Positions 49,647 to 59,672 of a stretch of DNA of 64,000 nucleotides are shown in pieces. The first letter of the stretch is position 1. The number at the start of each line of letters is the position of its first letter. The stretch comes from an uncultured Bdellovibrio sp. (lineage in GTDB: Bacteria; Bdellovibrionota; Bdellovibrionia; Bdellovibrionales; Bdellovibrionaceae). A program made the translations under genes and the position numbers. The stretch covers positions 1-64,000 of the forward strand of contig CAWVRN010000013.1 in NCBI GenBank assembly GCA_963932905.1. Direction: 5' to 3'. Below the pieces are notes generated by a model that saw only the letters and a list, made by a program, of their open reading frames with translations, had not been told where the DNA came from and did not search any database.

Positions 49647-51173
49647 ATGATTGCGGAATTGGATTGGTTAAAAAAATGGAGCCAATACGCGCCGAAAACA
49701 ACCGCGGTTGTTGATGGTGACACAGGCAGAGAATTTACCTATCGCGAACTGTACGATATTTCGCAAAAAGGCGCGGCACTTCTGAGTGAAAAGTACAATG
49801 TCACTCGCGGAGACCGCGTTGCCATTATCTCTACGAACGAACTTGAATACATATTTTTATTATTTGCACTGAAACGATTGGGAGCTATCTTAGTTCCCAT
49901 CAATTTCCGTCTGACTCAACGAGAAGTCGAACATATCGTCAGTGACTGCGGACCGAAAGTAATCATTTATCAACAAACATACTCTAATATCATCGACGGT
50001 CTACCAGCTACCATTAAGCCCAAGCCCTATTCAATGGAGCAATGGACCCAAGATTTAGGAACACTGGGTCCGAAAAAAACTCACTATGCTGAAGGTGTTA
50101 AGCCTCGAGAATTTGTGAGCGATCCAGCAGATCCCGCGATGGTTATCTACACATCGGGAACAACGGGCTCACCTAAGGGCGCCATCATTTCACACGAAAT
50201 GTTGTTCTGGAATTCGATCAACACCAGCCTTCGTTTGAATATTTCACAAACCGATTCGACCGTTATCTTTTTACCATTTTTTCATACTGGTGGCTTGAAC
50301 GTTTTAACGACTCCATTTTTCCATCGCGGCGCTAAATTGATTTTTATCAAAAAATTTGATGGCGACCAAATTTTGAAACTTTCAGAGTCTCATAAAGCTA
50401 CCTTGTTGTTTGGAGTTCCAACGACGATGGATATGATGTCTCGGTCAAATATTTTTAAAACCGTGAATTTAAAAACTCTTCGTTATGCCATTGTAGGTGG
50501 CGAACCAATGCCAGTAGATTTAATCCATAAATGGAACGAAAAAGGCATTGCTATTCGCCAAGGTTATGGTTTGACTGAATTTGGACCTAACGTATTTTCC
50601 TTAAATGAAGAGGACGCAATCAGAAAGATTGGCTCGATTGGTTTTGCTAATTTCTATTCCGAAGCTAAAATCGTGGACGACGAGGGCAAGGAACTGGGTG
50701 CTGAACAGATTGGCGAACTCGTTTTAAAAGGCCCGATGTGCATGACGGGATACTGGAAAAACGAAAAGGCAACCAAAGAAACGATCAAGGATGGTTGGTT
50801 ACACACTGGTGATCTGGTCAAAAAAGACAGTGAAGGTTACTTTTATGTCGTGGGTCGCAAAAAAGACATGTATAAATCGGGTGGTGAAAATGTTTATCCT
50901 ACCGAACTGGAACAAGTTATGCGACACTTGCCAGGTGTACGCGAAGTGGCCGTCATTGGTGTTCCCGATTCTAAATGGGGTGAAGTTGGCAAAGCCTTCA
51001 TCGTTAAAGAATCAGCAACTACTGATTTAACGGTCGAAAAAATTAATGATTACTGCGCTAAAAATTTGGCCAAATTTAAGATTCCCAAGTACTTCCTCTT
51101 CGTATCTGACCTACCCAAAGGGGATTCCGGCAAAATCTTGAAGCGCAAACTTTTGGAATTGTATCCTAATTAA
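49647..51173 (+). CDS. Acyl-CoA synthetase / AMP-binding enzyme (MenE/FadD-like)
   Basis: YTSGTTGSPKG, GYGLTE, LHTGD, GRKKDM.KSGGENVYP, GKILK. Confidence 0.93.
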   Translation: MIAELDWLKKWSQYAPKTTAVVDGDTGREFTYRELYDISQKGAALLSEKYNVTRGDRVAIISTNELEYIFLLFALKRLGAILVPINFRLTQREVEHIVSDCGPKVIIYQQTYSNIIDGLPATIKPKPYSMEQWTQDLGTLGPKKTHYAEGVKPREFVSDPADPAMVIYTSGTTGSPKGAIISHEMLFWNSINTSLRLNISQTDSTVIFLPFFHTGGLNVLTTPFFHRGAKLIFIKKFDGDQILKLSESHKATLLFGVPTTMDMMSRSNIFKTVNLKTLRYAIVGGEPMPVDLIHKWNEKGIAIRQGYGLTEFGPNVFSLNEEDAIRKIGSIGFANFYSEAKIVDDEGKELGAEQIGELVLKGPMCMTGYWKNEKATKETIKDGWLHTGDLVKKDSEGYFYVVGRKKDMYKSGGENVYPTELEQVMRHLPGVREVAVIGVPDSKWGEVGKAFIVKESATTDLTVEKINDYCAKNLAKFKIPKYFLFVSDLPKGDSGKILKRKLLELYPN

Positions 51174-51227
51174 GACTGCTTAGAGGTAATCATTAAGTAG
51201 GGTACGGAAAAATCCGAAACGAGCTGA

Positions 51228-52697
51228 GTGAAAAATCTAAGTCTAACGCAAAGAATTTCCGTCTATTTATTTATAGTCGTCTGTGTATCGACGTTTATAT
51301 TAAATTCTGCTTTCTTTATCGTCTTACGTACTCAAAGTGAAGAGCAGTTCAAGATCCAAGCTAATGAAATTTTAAATAACGTTAGCCGTTATTACCAAAT
51401 TCCACTTTGGAATTTGGATTATAACGCGATCTCTGAGGTTACAAATACGTGGTTGCAAACTCGATCCGGTGTTGTGGCCATCAAAGTCACCGATGAAAAT
51501 GGCGGGTTGGTTATTGAGAAAACGAAAGACAATCAACTGCTAGCGACTTTGTTAAAAAAACCTTACACGCTTTTAAGAAAAGAAAAAATCATTCATGATG
51601 AACGACAGCACATCGGTTATATTGAAATTTTGTTTTCTAATGCCGAACGAGTCGAACAAAACAATCTGACATACATGAAGTCGATTTTATTTAGTTTGGT
51701 ATTTGCATTCGTCATCAGTCTTGTTTCAAATCATTTCTTGACGTTGTTCGTACATCGTCCCTTGAAAAATTTAATTGAAGGAACCCAATCAGCGCATAAT
51801 TCAAATTACACGATTCGTGTTCCTGAAAATGCTGCAGGCGAAATTGGTATTCTAGCAGCAGAATTCAACAAAACGATGAATCAAATCGAAGATCGGGATC
51901 GTCGTCTGCATAAACACAATGTCGCACTAGAAGAAGTTATTCGTGAACGTAACGTTGAGCTCGACAAGCAACGCGCGACGATGTTTAACTCGTCTCGATT
52001 AGCTGCGCTAGGTGAATTTTCTGCAGGAATGTCACATGAAATCAACAATCCTCTTTCAGTAATCATTGGTAAATCGTCTATCCTGCGAGGCTTCGTTTCC
52101 AAAGGAAAGATCGGACCGGAATTTGAAATTCATTTCATCAAGATTCACGAAATGTGTGATCGCATTTCAAAAATCATAAAAAATCTTCGGTCTTATGCTC
52201 GCGATGGTTCAAATGATCCATTTGATTTTTTCGAAATTGATCGATTCTTCACGGACATCGGCGAACTGACTCGGATCAAACTAGACAAACGCGGCGTTGC
52301 TTTTAAATTTGTAAATAATTCGAAGGCGACCCATCTTTACGGTAAAGAAATCCCACTTTCCCAAGTCATTATCAATTTAATAAACAACTCTGCTGACGCT
52401 GTGGAAAACCTGGAAGATAAAAAATGGGTTGAACTTAAGGTCGATGAAGATCCGCAAAATATCACGATTTCGGTCACTGATTCGGGAACAGGAATTCCAG
52501 AAGAAATTCAAAAGAGAATGCTAGTTCCTTTCTTCACTACAAAACCTATAGGTAAAGGCACTGGCCTAGGTCTAAGCATTTCGGCCACTATCATTGAAGA
52601 ACATGGCGGCAAACTTATTTACAATAAAGACTATCCAAATACTCAATTTATTGTCCACCTACCAAACAAACACCATCCAAATCGCAAACTGAGCTAA
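51228..52697 (+). CDS. Membrane sensor histidine kinase (HAMP-HisKA-HATPase)
   Basis: 2 TM, SHEINNPL, NLINNSADA, DSGTGI, PFFTTK, GTGLGL; no response regulator nearby. Confidence 0.93.
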   Translation: MKNLSLTQRISVYLFIVVCVSTFILNSAFFIVLRTQSEEQFKIQANEILNNVSRYYQIPLWNLDYNAISEVTNTWLQTRSGVVAIKVTDENGGLVIEKTKDNQLLATLLKKPYTLLRKEKIIHDERQHIGYIEILFSNAERVEQNNLTYMKSILFSLVFAFVISLVSNHFLTLFVHRPLKNLIEGTQSAHNSNYTIRVPENAAGEIGILAAEFNKTMNQIEDRDRRLHKHNVALEEVIRERNVELDKQRATMFNSSRLAALGEFSAGMSHEINNPLSVIIGKSSILRGFVSKGKIGPEFEIHFIKIHEMCDRISKIIKNLRSYARDGSNDPFDFFEIDRFFTDIGELTRIKLDKRGVAFKFVNNSKATHLYGKEIPLSQVIINLINNSADAVENLEDKKWVELKVDEDPQNITISVTDSGTGIPEEIQKRMLVPFFTTKPIGKGTGLGLSISATIIEEHGGKLIYNKDYPNTQFIVHLPNKHHPNRKLS

Positions 52698-54571
52698 ATC
52701 TGTAGACAAGTTTTTGGTTGCGTTAAAAAAGCGACTTTGTTTAGAAATGGTTGTGTAGCTAACTCAAATAATTCGCGTACATTCTTGTCCTTAAAGATAG
52801 TCGAATGCTTAAGCGATAGCGTATTTATGAAATCATGGCATTCACCAGGTAAAACTTGACCCAAGCATTGCATTAATTCGCGATGATATAAAAAATAGAA
52901 CATATTAAAATAGGCTTCCAGTTTAATCGTCATACTTGGAACAAACGGATTATCAAAGTAGGAAAATTGATTTTTTGATTTACCAGCTATCACCAAAAAT
53001 ATTTGTTCTTTTACACTTTCAATAAGTTTAGCCGGCTCATCCGGCAAATAATCCAATGATTTCCAAACGAATTTGTAAAAATCGGCTGCCGAGATTGAAA
53101 ACTGTTTTTGAACATGTTTTCTAATTTCGGTAAAAAATCCAGACAATTCCATTGCCCTAGTTAAGTGATCCATAAAATACATCTCTGCCCAGTCTTGTTG
53201 AGAATAAGAAGCCGTCGAGGTGACGATGGCATATTGGCTTTGATGGACTAAATTAGTTAGTAAATGAGTTTCACCTTTATTATAAACTTGCGCTCTTAAA
53301 TCTCCACCGACATGGAACCGGATTTGGCTTGTTTTTATTTTATATTGTTCGATATAGCTTGGCTCGCTGGCTGGAGTACCAGGCAGCAAAGACCACGCAT
53401 ATCTCTCCGTTGTCCAATCATCAACTCTATCCAACAGACATAATTCATCATAAAACGACTTTAAATTGCTTTCTGGCAAACCCAAAACAATTTCAAACTT
53501 CAATCTAAGATTGTACTTATTTTTTATTTGTAATGCTTTAGTTAGCAAAACATCCAAAGGAATATTTTTTCTTTTTATAGCAGACAAAATTCGATCGTTT
53601 GTTCCGTTTATTGCCAGATGATACGAGTCTCTCTCAGTAAGGCCCGCCTCAATCAGCAACGTATCTATTTCTTCATTTACATCCCAATTATTTTTTGACT
53701 TACCAAATAGGTAAATTTGTTTCAAATTTCCTTTTTTTGAAATCTCTACCAACTGCTTAATTATGTTTAAATCACGCTCTTTAAAGATTCCAAAATTTGC
53801 ATCTGTAATTCTAACTTCGTTGATGCCCATCGCATCTATATAATCCAGTTCGTTTTTAATAATATGATCGGGTTTAGTAAGAACCTTGGTATTTGTTCCC
53901 CCACCCCATTCACAATAAGTACAACGATAAGGACAACCTCGAGTTGTTTCCCAATTGGTGGCCAAATAACTAGATTTTTTATAAATTTTCTGAAGGTCGA
54001 TATCAAAATCTTTAGCCTCGTTAAATATGTTTTCCGGCCAATTGAACACAGTTTTTTTTTCCACTAAAGATTTTTTAATTTTTCTATCTTTGGAATCGAG
54101 ATAAAGAGAGTAGGGAATTTTTTCGGGCGAAATCTTGTCTTCTGCGATTTGATCTAACAAGGAAGTGAAAAACTCTTCTCCCCGTCCGGGATACTGGCAA
54201 ACAATGTCTACAAAACTATTTTCAATAAACCAGTTTTCATTTTCATGTACCGTTAAGTCAGGCCCACCGAAAGCAATCAATACGCCAGGGAGACGTTTTT
54301 TCACTTCTTTTGCCAAATCAAAATTTAGCTGCCGATTCCAAATCAAACAACTGAACCCAATTACGTCTGGCTGTATACTGACAATATGTTTTATTAGATC
54401 ATGAAATCCAAAAAAGGAAATATCTTCCAATGGAGGCAACCAATCCCAACTATCAAAATTCGCCCCATTTTCACGATAATAGGACTTTAGCAAAAGATAC
54501 AAAAAAGGCAGTTCAATCGATTCTGAAGGAATCGTGGGGTTAACAAGTAAAATCCTCTTTTTTGTTTTCAT
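52694..54571 (-). CDS. Cobalamin-dependent radical SAM protein
   Basis: PDVIGFS..WN..GGP B12-binding region; ETTRGCPYRCTYCEW; DANFG. Confidence 0.9.
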   Translation of the reverse strand: MKTKKRILLVNPTIPSESIELPFLYLLLKSYYRENGANFDSWDWLPPLEDISFFGFHDLIKHIVSIQPDVIGFSCLIWNRQLNFDLAKEVKKRLPGVLIAFGGPDLTVHENENWFIENSFVDIVCQYPGRGEEFFTSLLDQIAEDKISPEKIPYSLYLDSKDRKIKKSLVEKKTVFNWPENIFNEAKDFDIDLQKIYKKSSYLATNWETTRGCPYRCTYCEWGGGTNTKVLTKPDHIIKNELDYIDAMGINEVRITDANFGIFKERDLNIIKQLVEISKKGNLKQIYLFGKSKNNWDVNEEIDTLLIEAGLTERDSYHLAINGTNDRILSAIKRKNIPLDVLLTKALQIKNKYNLRLKFEIVLGLPESNLKSFYDELCLLDRVDDWTTERYAWSLLPGTPASEPSYIEQYKIKTSQIRFHVGGDLRAQVYNKGETHLLTNLVHQSQYAIVTSTASYSQQDWAEMYFMDHLTRAMELSGFFTEIRKHVQKQFSISAADFYKFVWKSLDYLPDEPAKLIESVKEQIFLVIAGKSKNQFSYFDNPFVPSMTIKLEAYFNMFYFLYHRELMQCLGQVLPGECHDFINTLSLKHSTIFKDKNVRELFELATQPFLNKVAFLTQPKTCLQI

Positions 54572-54640
54572 TGAATCAGTTTCAAAGAAAAACTACAATT
54601 TGACATCGATAAAACCAAGTCGACCAGGTGCGGCGGGTAA

Positions 54641-55501
54641 CTAGAAAATTGAAAGGGTCGACAAGTCCTCGATTTGCTTTTGATTGTAAAGATAAAAAAT
54701 GTGACGAAGCAATGCTGGGTTAGAAAAAGCGGTACATGAACTTAACGTAAAGTAGGCAAATGAAATCGGACAATTCATTTCACTTTCTAAATAGTCATCA
54801 ATCGAAATCTCGGAGTTAAAAAAATGACGTTCTGAAAATAATTTTAGAGAAAACCGTTTATACATTCTAGGAACTTCTTGATAAAATATATCCCTCAGTT
54901 CTTTCAAATTATATTTCGAAAGTATATATTTCTTCTGATTTCGATTAAACAGGGGATCGTGTAGAAAATTGTAACTTTGATTTAAATGTTGGTTACTTTG
55001 AACGATACGACTAGATAAATCGTCTTTCATTTCACAAAATAAATCTAAAGAAAACTCTACAACTGATTCACGAACTTTTTCAAGCAACAGCTGACTTACA
55101 GAAGTATTCAGCTGGTTACCCGTTAATTTACACGTTAAATAGGAGGCAACTAAAAATTCTAAATGCATTTCCATCATCGTCTCTTTTTCAAATCGGAGAT
55201 CATTACCAATGATCTCCGACGATTTAGAAAGATAACCATGCAAATATCTAAATTCTGACACGGAAATATTTCCTTCATAAAGCTTGGCATATAAGCGATT
55301 GCTGTAATGATTTATGTGCATAGATATAATTTTTTCTAAATGCTCCTCGGAAATATTTTTAAAATTTATTCTATACCAATTTTTTATACAGGATCGAAGC
55401 TGGGAAACACCATCTACTTTAAAATATAATTTGTTATGGCTAAAACCGTCCGCATTAGTTGAGTCAAATAACAGAAATGTTTTTTTTGAAAGTGAAATCA
55501 A
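54641..55501 (-). CDS. Hypothetical protein (paralog of 55498-56571)
   Basis: 286-aa ORF; shares the EF, DPLFN and NP motifs with its neighbour. Confidence 0.7.
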   Translation of the reverse strand: MISLSKKTFLLFDSTNADGFSHNKLYFKVDGVSQLRSCIKNWYRINFKNISEEHLEKIISMHINHYSNRLYAKLYEGNISVSEFRYLHGYLSKSSEIIGNDLRFEKETMMEMHLEFLVASYLTCKLTGNQLNTSVSQLLLEKVRESVVEFSLDLFCEMKDDLSSRIVQSNQHLNQSYNFLHDPLFNRNQKKYILSKYNLKELRDIFYQEVPRMYKRFSLKLFSERHFFNSEISIDDYLESEMNCPISFAYFTLSSCTAFSNPALLRHIFYLYNQKQIEDLSTLSIF

Positions 55502-56571
55502 TTGATACTCGCTCGGTGCATACTAAGTGCCCAATCCACAATAAAAGGATTAATCTGCCGATCATATTGAAATCGATTAAACAAGACTCGCGTAATTCCA
55601 GACTCTGCTTCGAATTTCAAAACGTCGCCAAATGAAAGATCTCTTTTGAACAGGCAAGATGAAATCCCTTTATAAACCTCGCCACTCGACATATCGGTCA
55701 AAGTTAAAAGGCTGTCCCGAACTGATACTAAATCATTTAAATCGTAATTGTTCCAAACATGACTAACGTTATCGGCATTAAAAAGCGGATCAGCCATCCA
55801 CAAGGGAAGATCGCCATTTCGTACGCGGTCGACAATATCACTCCAATTAAATTGGTTTTCATCCTTGAAGGTTATAATTTTTCCGTCTGAGATTCCTTGA
55901 ATTCTAAAATGATTTAAAGCTAAAACAGATCCAACTTCTCGAAGATAGTCCGTGATCAATTGCTTTTTAACAATATGCAAAGCTCGTTCTTCAAATTTCA
56001 AATTCTCATCACCACGGTCATTTTTTAACAGATGAAGCAATTGAAATTCAAAACCGATTTTGCTTTTTGGTAAGCTTTTAACCGAAGTTAGCTTAGACAA
56101 AACGTGTCTTACCTTTCCGTCTGAATGTCCATAGTACCCTATGTTTTTCACCCGTTCTTTCTCTACCTCTAAAAACTGTGCTGAATGCTTAATGTATAAT
56201 GTTGCTAGAACGCCTTGATCTTCTTCATTGAGGCCAAACAAAAAATAAAATAAACGTTTTAGAATCTTGAACGAGTCGTCCCAACTTGCAACGATAACGA
56301 AAACCGTTGTCTGATTTTGGCTAGTTTCTAACTGATGACTTAAATCAAGAAAAGTATTTGAGGAACTACCCTGATCCATATCGAACTCACCGATTTGATT
56401 TAAACCAGAGTCAATATTCTTAATAATATCTAAGACCGTGTTCTCACCCAGATAGGGATCCAATTCGTCTCTAAAATCTAAAACTGAAAATCGATGTATA
56501 CCAGGCGCCCTCGCTGAGCCTGTAATATTAGATTTTGGATAAAGAAACAGACCCTCTCGGAGAAAAATCAT
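55498..56571 (-). CDS. Hypothetical protein (paralog of 54641-55501)
   Basis: 357-aa ORF with a 4-bp overlap to the downstream gene. Confidence 0.75.
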   Translation of the reverse strand: MIFLREGLFLYPKSNITGSARAPGIHRFSVLDFRDELDPYLGENTVLDIIKNIDSGLNQIGEFDMDQGSSSNTFLDLSHQLETSQNQTTVFVIVASWDDSFKILKRLFYFLFGLNEEDQGVLATLYIKHSAQFLEVEKERVKNIGYYGHSDGKVRHVLSKLTSVKSLPKSKIGFEFQLLHLLKNDRGDENLKFEERALHIVKKQLITDYLREVGSVLALNHFRIQGISDGKIITFKDENQFNWSDIVDRVRNGDLPLWMADPLFNADNVSHVWNNYDLNDLVSVRDSLLTLTDMSSGEVYKGISSCLFKRDLSFGDVLKFEAESGITRVLFNRFQYDRQINPFIVDWALSMHRASIN

Positions 56572-56672
56572 ACCTTAGGGTACTTTACGATTATGCAGAT
56601 CGCATTTCCCAACGCAGTGTGTATTGTTTGATTTCCAAGCAACTCAAATCTAGCGTGTTATTTATATTGGCT

Positions 56673-57512
56673 ATGTCTTCAAATATTTCTATTCAAAATT
56701 TCCTATCACAAAAATATATTTTTGAAGAAAGATATAACCTAAATAAACGCCCGGAACTAATTCGACATTATTCAACTTTAAAGAGTGAAGCCGATAAATT
56801 GTTTTTCAACCAAACTATAGATTTTTCAAGTCTTTCATTCTATGCAAATAGCCAAAATTCAGATATTTGCCAGTGGTTTCTAAAAAATATTTCGACTGAA
56901 GCTCACTATTATGACTTTTCAATTCCTATGAGCCCCATTACACCTCTCGATTTCTATTTCGACGTTAGTCCCATAAATCACCGCCCTTGGAAAATGATAT
57001 TGTTTATTTACAGTCCGTATACCTGCGACTCCCATGGACCTCTTACGCACCCTACTCATGTACAAAAATTTTTTCAGGAAAAAGAGGAAGAATACTTACC
57101 CAAATCTTTCTTTATTGAAGATCTCGAACTTGGTTGGATTTGCTATGATGATTTCGACACATTTACTTTTGTCCATCATATTCAACTGAAGGGGAAACTT
57201 AAAAGCCTGCTTAACAACTACGATTTGAAATGGTTTTACAGATTTATGGCGCGAAGCTTACCACATTTTTTCTCAAAAAAAACAAATCCCATCATTATCC
57301 CCACGGCTTCCATGTACGATAAACTGATGAAACGGGCTACCAAAAATTCTGGAATCTGTATTCAACCATACAGCGAACGAATACTGGGAAGTTCGGGTTT
57401 TAAAAAAATAGACAGTCAAATATTTGATCTTCATTTTCCCGGAGAGCTCAAAAAAATGATTTTAAATAAATATCTCACTCCAAGTGAAATTGAGTTTTGG
57501 AGATATCCTTAA
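56673..57512 (+). CDS. Hypothetical protein
   Basis: ORF 56535..57512; first ATG clear of the divergent gene is at 56673. Confidence 0.65.
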   Translation: MSSNISIQNFLSQKYIFEERYNLNKRPELIRHYSTLKSEADKLFFNQTIDFSSLSFYANSQNSDICQWFLKNISTEAHYYDFSIPMSPITPLDFYFDVSPINHRPWKMILFIYSPYTCDSHGPLTHPTHVQKFFQEKEEEYLPKSFFIEDLELGWICYDDFDTFTFVHHIQLKGKLKSLLNNYDLKWFYRFMARSLPHFFSKKTNPIIIPTASMYDKLMKRATKNSGICIQPYSERILGSSGFKKIDSQIFDLHFPGELKKMILNKYLTPSEIEFWRYP

Positions 57513-57540
57513 GCCAAGAATCCAACTAAACTCTGCACGA

Positions 57541-58158
57541 TTAATCCAATATTCGAATTTTCTTATTTTGATGAAAATGACGTGCTTTAGTCATGAGTAC
57601 CGCGATTGTCATACGTGGTTGATCGCCAAAATACGGTCTCACAACGTGTGATAAAAACGCAGGAAAAATAGCCAATCTATTTTCTTTTGGCTTTACGTAT
57701 ACTATTCCATTTGGGTAGTCAGTCGCCGTCGAATTTTTATATACCGCCAATTCTCCTCCCAAATACCGATCATCTTTGGGCTCATCTATATTTAAATAAA
57801 ACGTGATGGCAAAATATCCCCCCTCGGCCTGGTCATGATGAGTGTGAGTAATATATTCATCTGCCATCGTCTCACCATAATGTAGGACTTGATGAACCTG
57901 AAAATGAATTATTTCAAATTGCGAGCTGTCTTCTCCTGCATTCTGACAATAGTTCGTGAATGCACTTAATAAAAAACGCCGAAACAAATCAACTTCGGTA
58001 GGTAACCGATCATGATCAAAATTAATCATGGGGAATTTTTTCTGTCTTTTAAACTCCTCGAACATGAAGTTCTTCAGCTTCGCAAATTCGATGTCTGGTA
58101 ATACGTTATCTTCTATTTGAATGTGTGTGGGCCAGAGGGTGTGAAAAGCCATGCTCAA
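57541..58158 (-). CDS. 2OG-Fe(II) oxygenase family protein
   Basis: LWPT, THHD, GGEL, IFPAFLSHVVRPY, RMTIA. Confidence 0.85.
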   Translation of the reverse strand: MSMAFHTLWPTHIQIEDNVLPDIEFAKLKNFMFEEFKRQKKFPMINFDHDRLPTEVDLFRRFLLSAFTNYCQNAGEDSSQFEIIHFQVHQVLHYGETMADEYITHTHHDQAEGGYFAITFYLNIDEPKDDRYLGGELAVYKNSTATDYPNGIVYVKPKENRLAIFPAFLSHVVRPYFGDQPRMTIAVLMTKARHFHQNKKIRILD

Positions 58159-58286
58159 TAGTGTCCTGGCCTGACTATAAAATCAATTTTGTCCTAACTT
58201 GACGCAAGATGCGAAAATAGTGCCGATAGCGTGTTTTACTTTATATAATTTCTATTTCTTGTTCGAATAAATGTTAGATTAAATTT

Positions 58287-59231
58287 ATGAAAAAACTTAT
58301 AGTGAGCGTAAACCCATCCTATCTTTGCAACTTAAAATGCAAGTTCTGTTATTTGACGAAAGAGCAACTTAGCGACCCACATAAGTTAGATATAAAAACC
58401 CTTGAACACAAAATTAAAGATTTAGCTGATGTATTTGAAATTACCAAGTTTGACTTATATGGCGGGGAATTTGCCGTTTTACCGCTGTCCTATCAAAATG
58501 ATGTAGTTTCAGTGTTACAGCACTATGCGCGTGACAAAGTAAACATAATTACGAATTTGACTAAACTCAGCGATATTTTTTTTGATGAAGCGTTGGATAT
58601 AAGCGTGAGCTTTGACTTTTCTGCGAGAGAACAACATGAACTAGTTTTAAAAAATATTGGATTTCTAAATCGTCCTATTTCCATACTTATGCTAGCGTCA
58701 CCGGATTTGATGAAACTCGATCATGAAATGATGATTCAAACATTTAATATTTTTAGAAACATTATCAGTGTAGAAATTAAGCCTTACTCGACGAACCAAG
58801 CGAATGCCTTAAGTACTAAATTTAGCTCTTTTGAAGAATTCGTAAAAAAATGGATTTCTGCAAAAACAAAAAAAAACTTCTCGTTTGAAAATGAAAATCG
58901 CATTCAAAAAAGTTTAAAAAGATCTTACTCTGCTTTTTCCGATGATCATATTTACATCACTCCTTCTGGAAAATACGCAGTATTGGAATTTGACAAAGCC
59001 GACAACGAATTCTTTCTTGAGCTAAATTCCATTGAAGACTATTTAAATTGGTGCCAGCAGGAACCAAATAAACTGACTCCCATCTGTCAGTCTTGTGAAT
59101 ATTTGGGCAATTGTTTAACAGAGCATTATCGACAAGTAAAATCCTTGGAAAACAGCTGCAATGGTTTTAAATTCTTACTGGATTGGTATCGAAATGAAAA
59201 AATGGAAAATAAATCAGCAGATTTATCATAA
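58287..59231 (+). CDS. Radical SAM protein with C-terminal Cys cluster (SPASM/twitch-like)
   Basis: CNLKCKFC, YGGE, CQSCEYLGNC..SCNG. Confidence 0.9.
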   Translation: MKKLIVSVNPSYLCNLKCKFCYLTKEQLSDPHKLDIKTLEHKIKDLADVFEITKFDLYGGEFAVLPLSYQNDVVSVLQHYARDKVNIITNLTKLSDIFFDEALDISVSFDFSAREQHELVLKNIGFLNRPISILMLASPDLMKLDHEMMIQTFNIFRNIISVEIKPYSTNQANALSTKFSSFEEFVKKWISAKTKKNFSFENENRIQKSLKRSYSAFSDDHIYITPSGKYAVLEFDKADNEFFLELNSIEDYLNWCQQEPNKLTPICQSCEYLGNCLTEHYRQVKSLENSCNGFKFLLDWYRNEKMENKSADLS

Positions 59232-59607
59232 ACTCACAGACAAACATTCGGACGACTTAAACACCTTAAGCATACGTTATGATAGCAATATTGCCAAATC
59301 GACGGTTTCCTATTTTCGAGGAAAAACGACGGGTCTAGTTTATCCCGCTAAAAGCTATTTCGTGGGAATTTGTTACGCCAAATGGATACAGCAAGACTTT
59401 GGAGATAGTTTTAAAGACAACCTAGACGATGCGGAGCTTTTATTCAAAAATGACCCTTACTTTAAACGGTATTCAGAAGCAAAAGATGTTTATGACCAGA
59501 TTCTTAGTATCGTTGGGCTTAACTTCGATGAATCGGTAGGTATTATTCCCGTGGTGCGACAATATTACCTAAATGAAATTCAACTCAAAGGATTTGATAA
59601 TCCATAA
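59194..59607 (+). CDS. Hypothetical protein overlapping the radical SAM gene
   Basis: ATG at 59194 lies inside the 3' end of the rSAM gene; VYPAKSY, NDPYF motifs. Confidence 0.7.
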   Translation: MKKWKINQQIYHKLTDKHSDDLNTLSIRYDSNIAKSTVSYFRGKTTGLVYPAKSYFVGICYAKWIQQDFGDSFKDNLDDAELLFKNDPYFKRYSEAKDVYDQILSIVGLNFDESVGIIPVVRQYYLNEIQLKGFDNP

Positions 59608-59672
59608 AACTTCTTTGTAGAAATACCGAAGTAAGTATTAATATAAATATAGATAGGAGCATCGGAGGAAGC

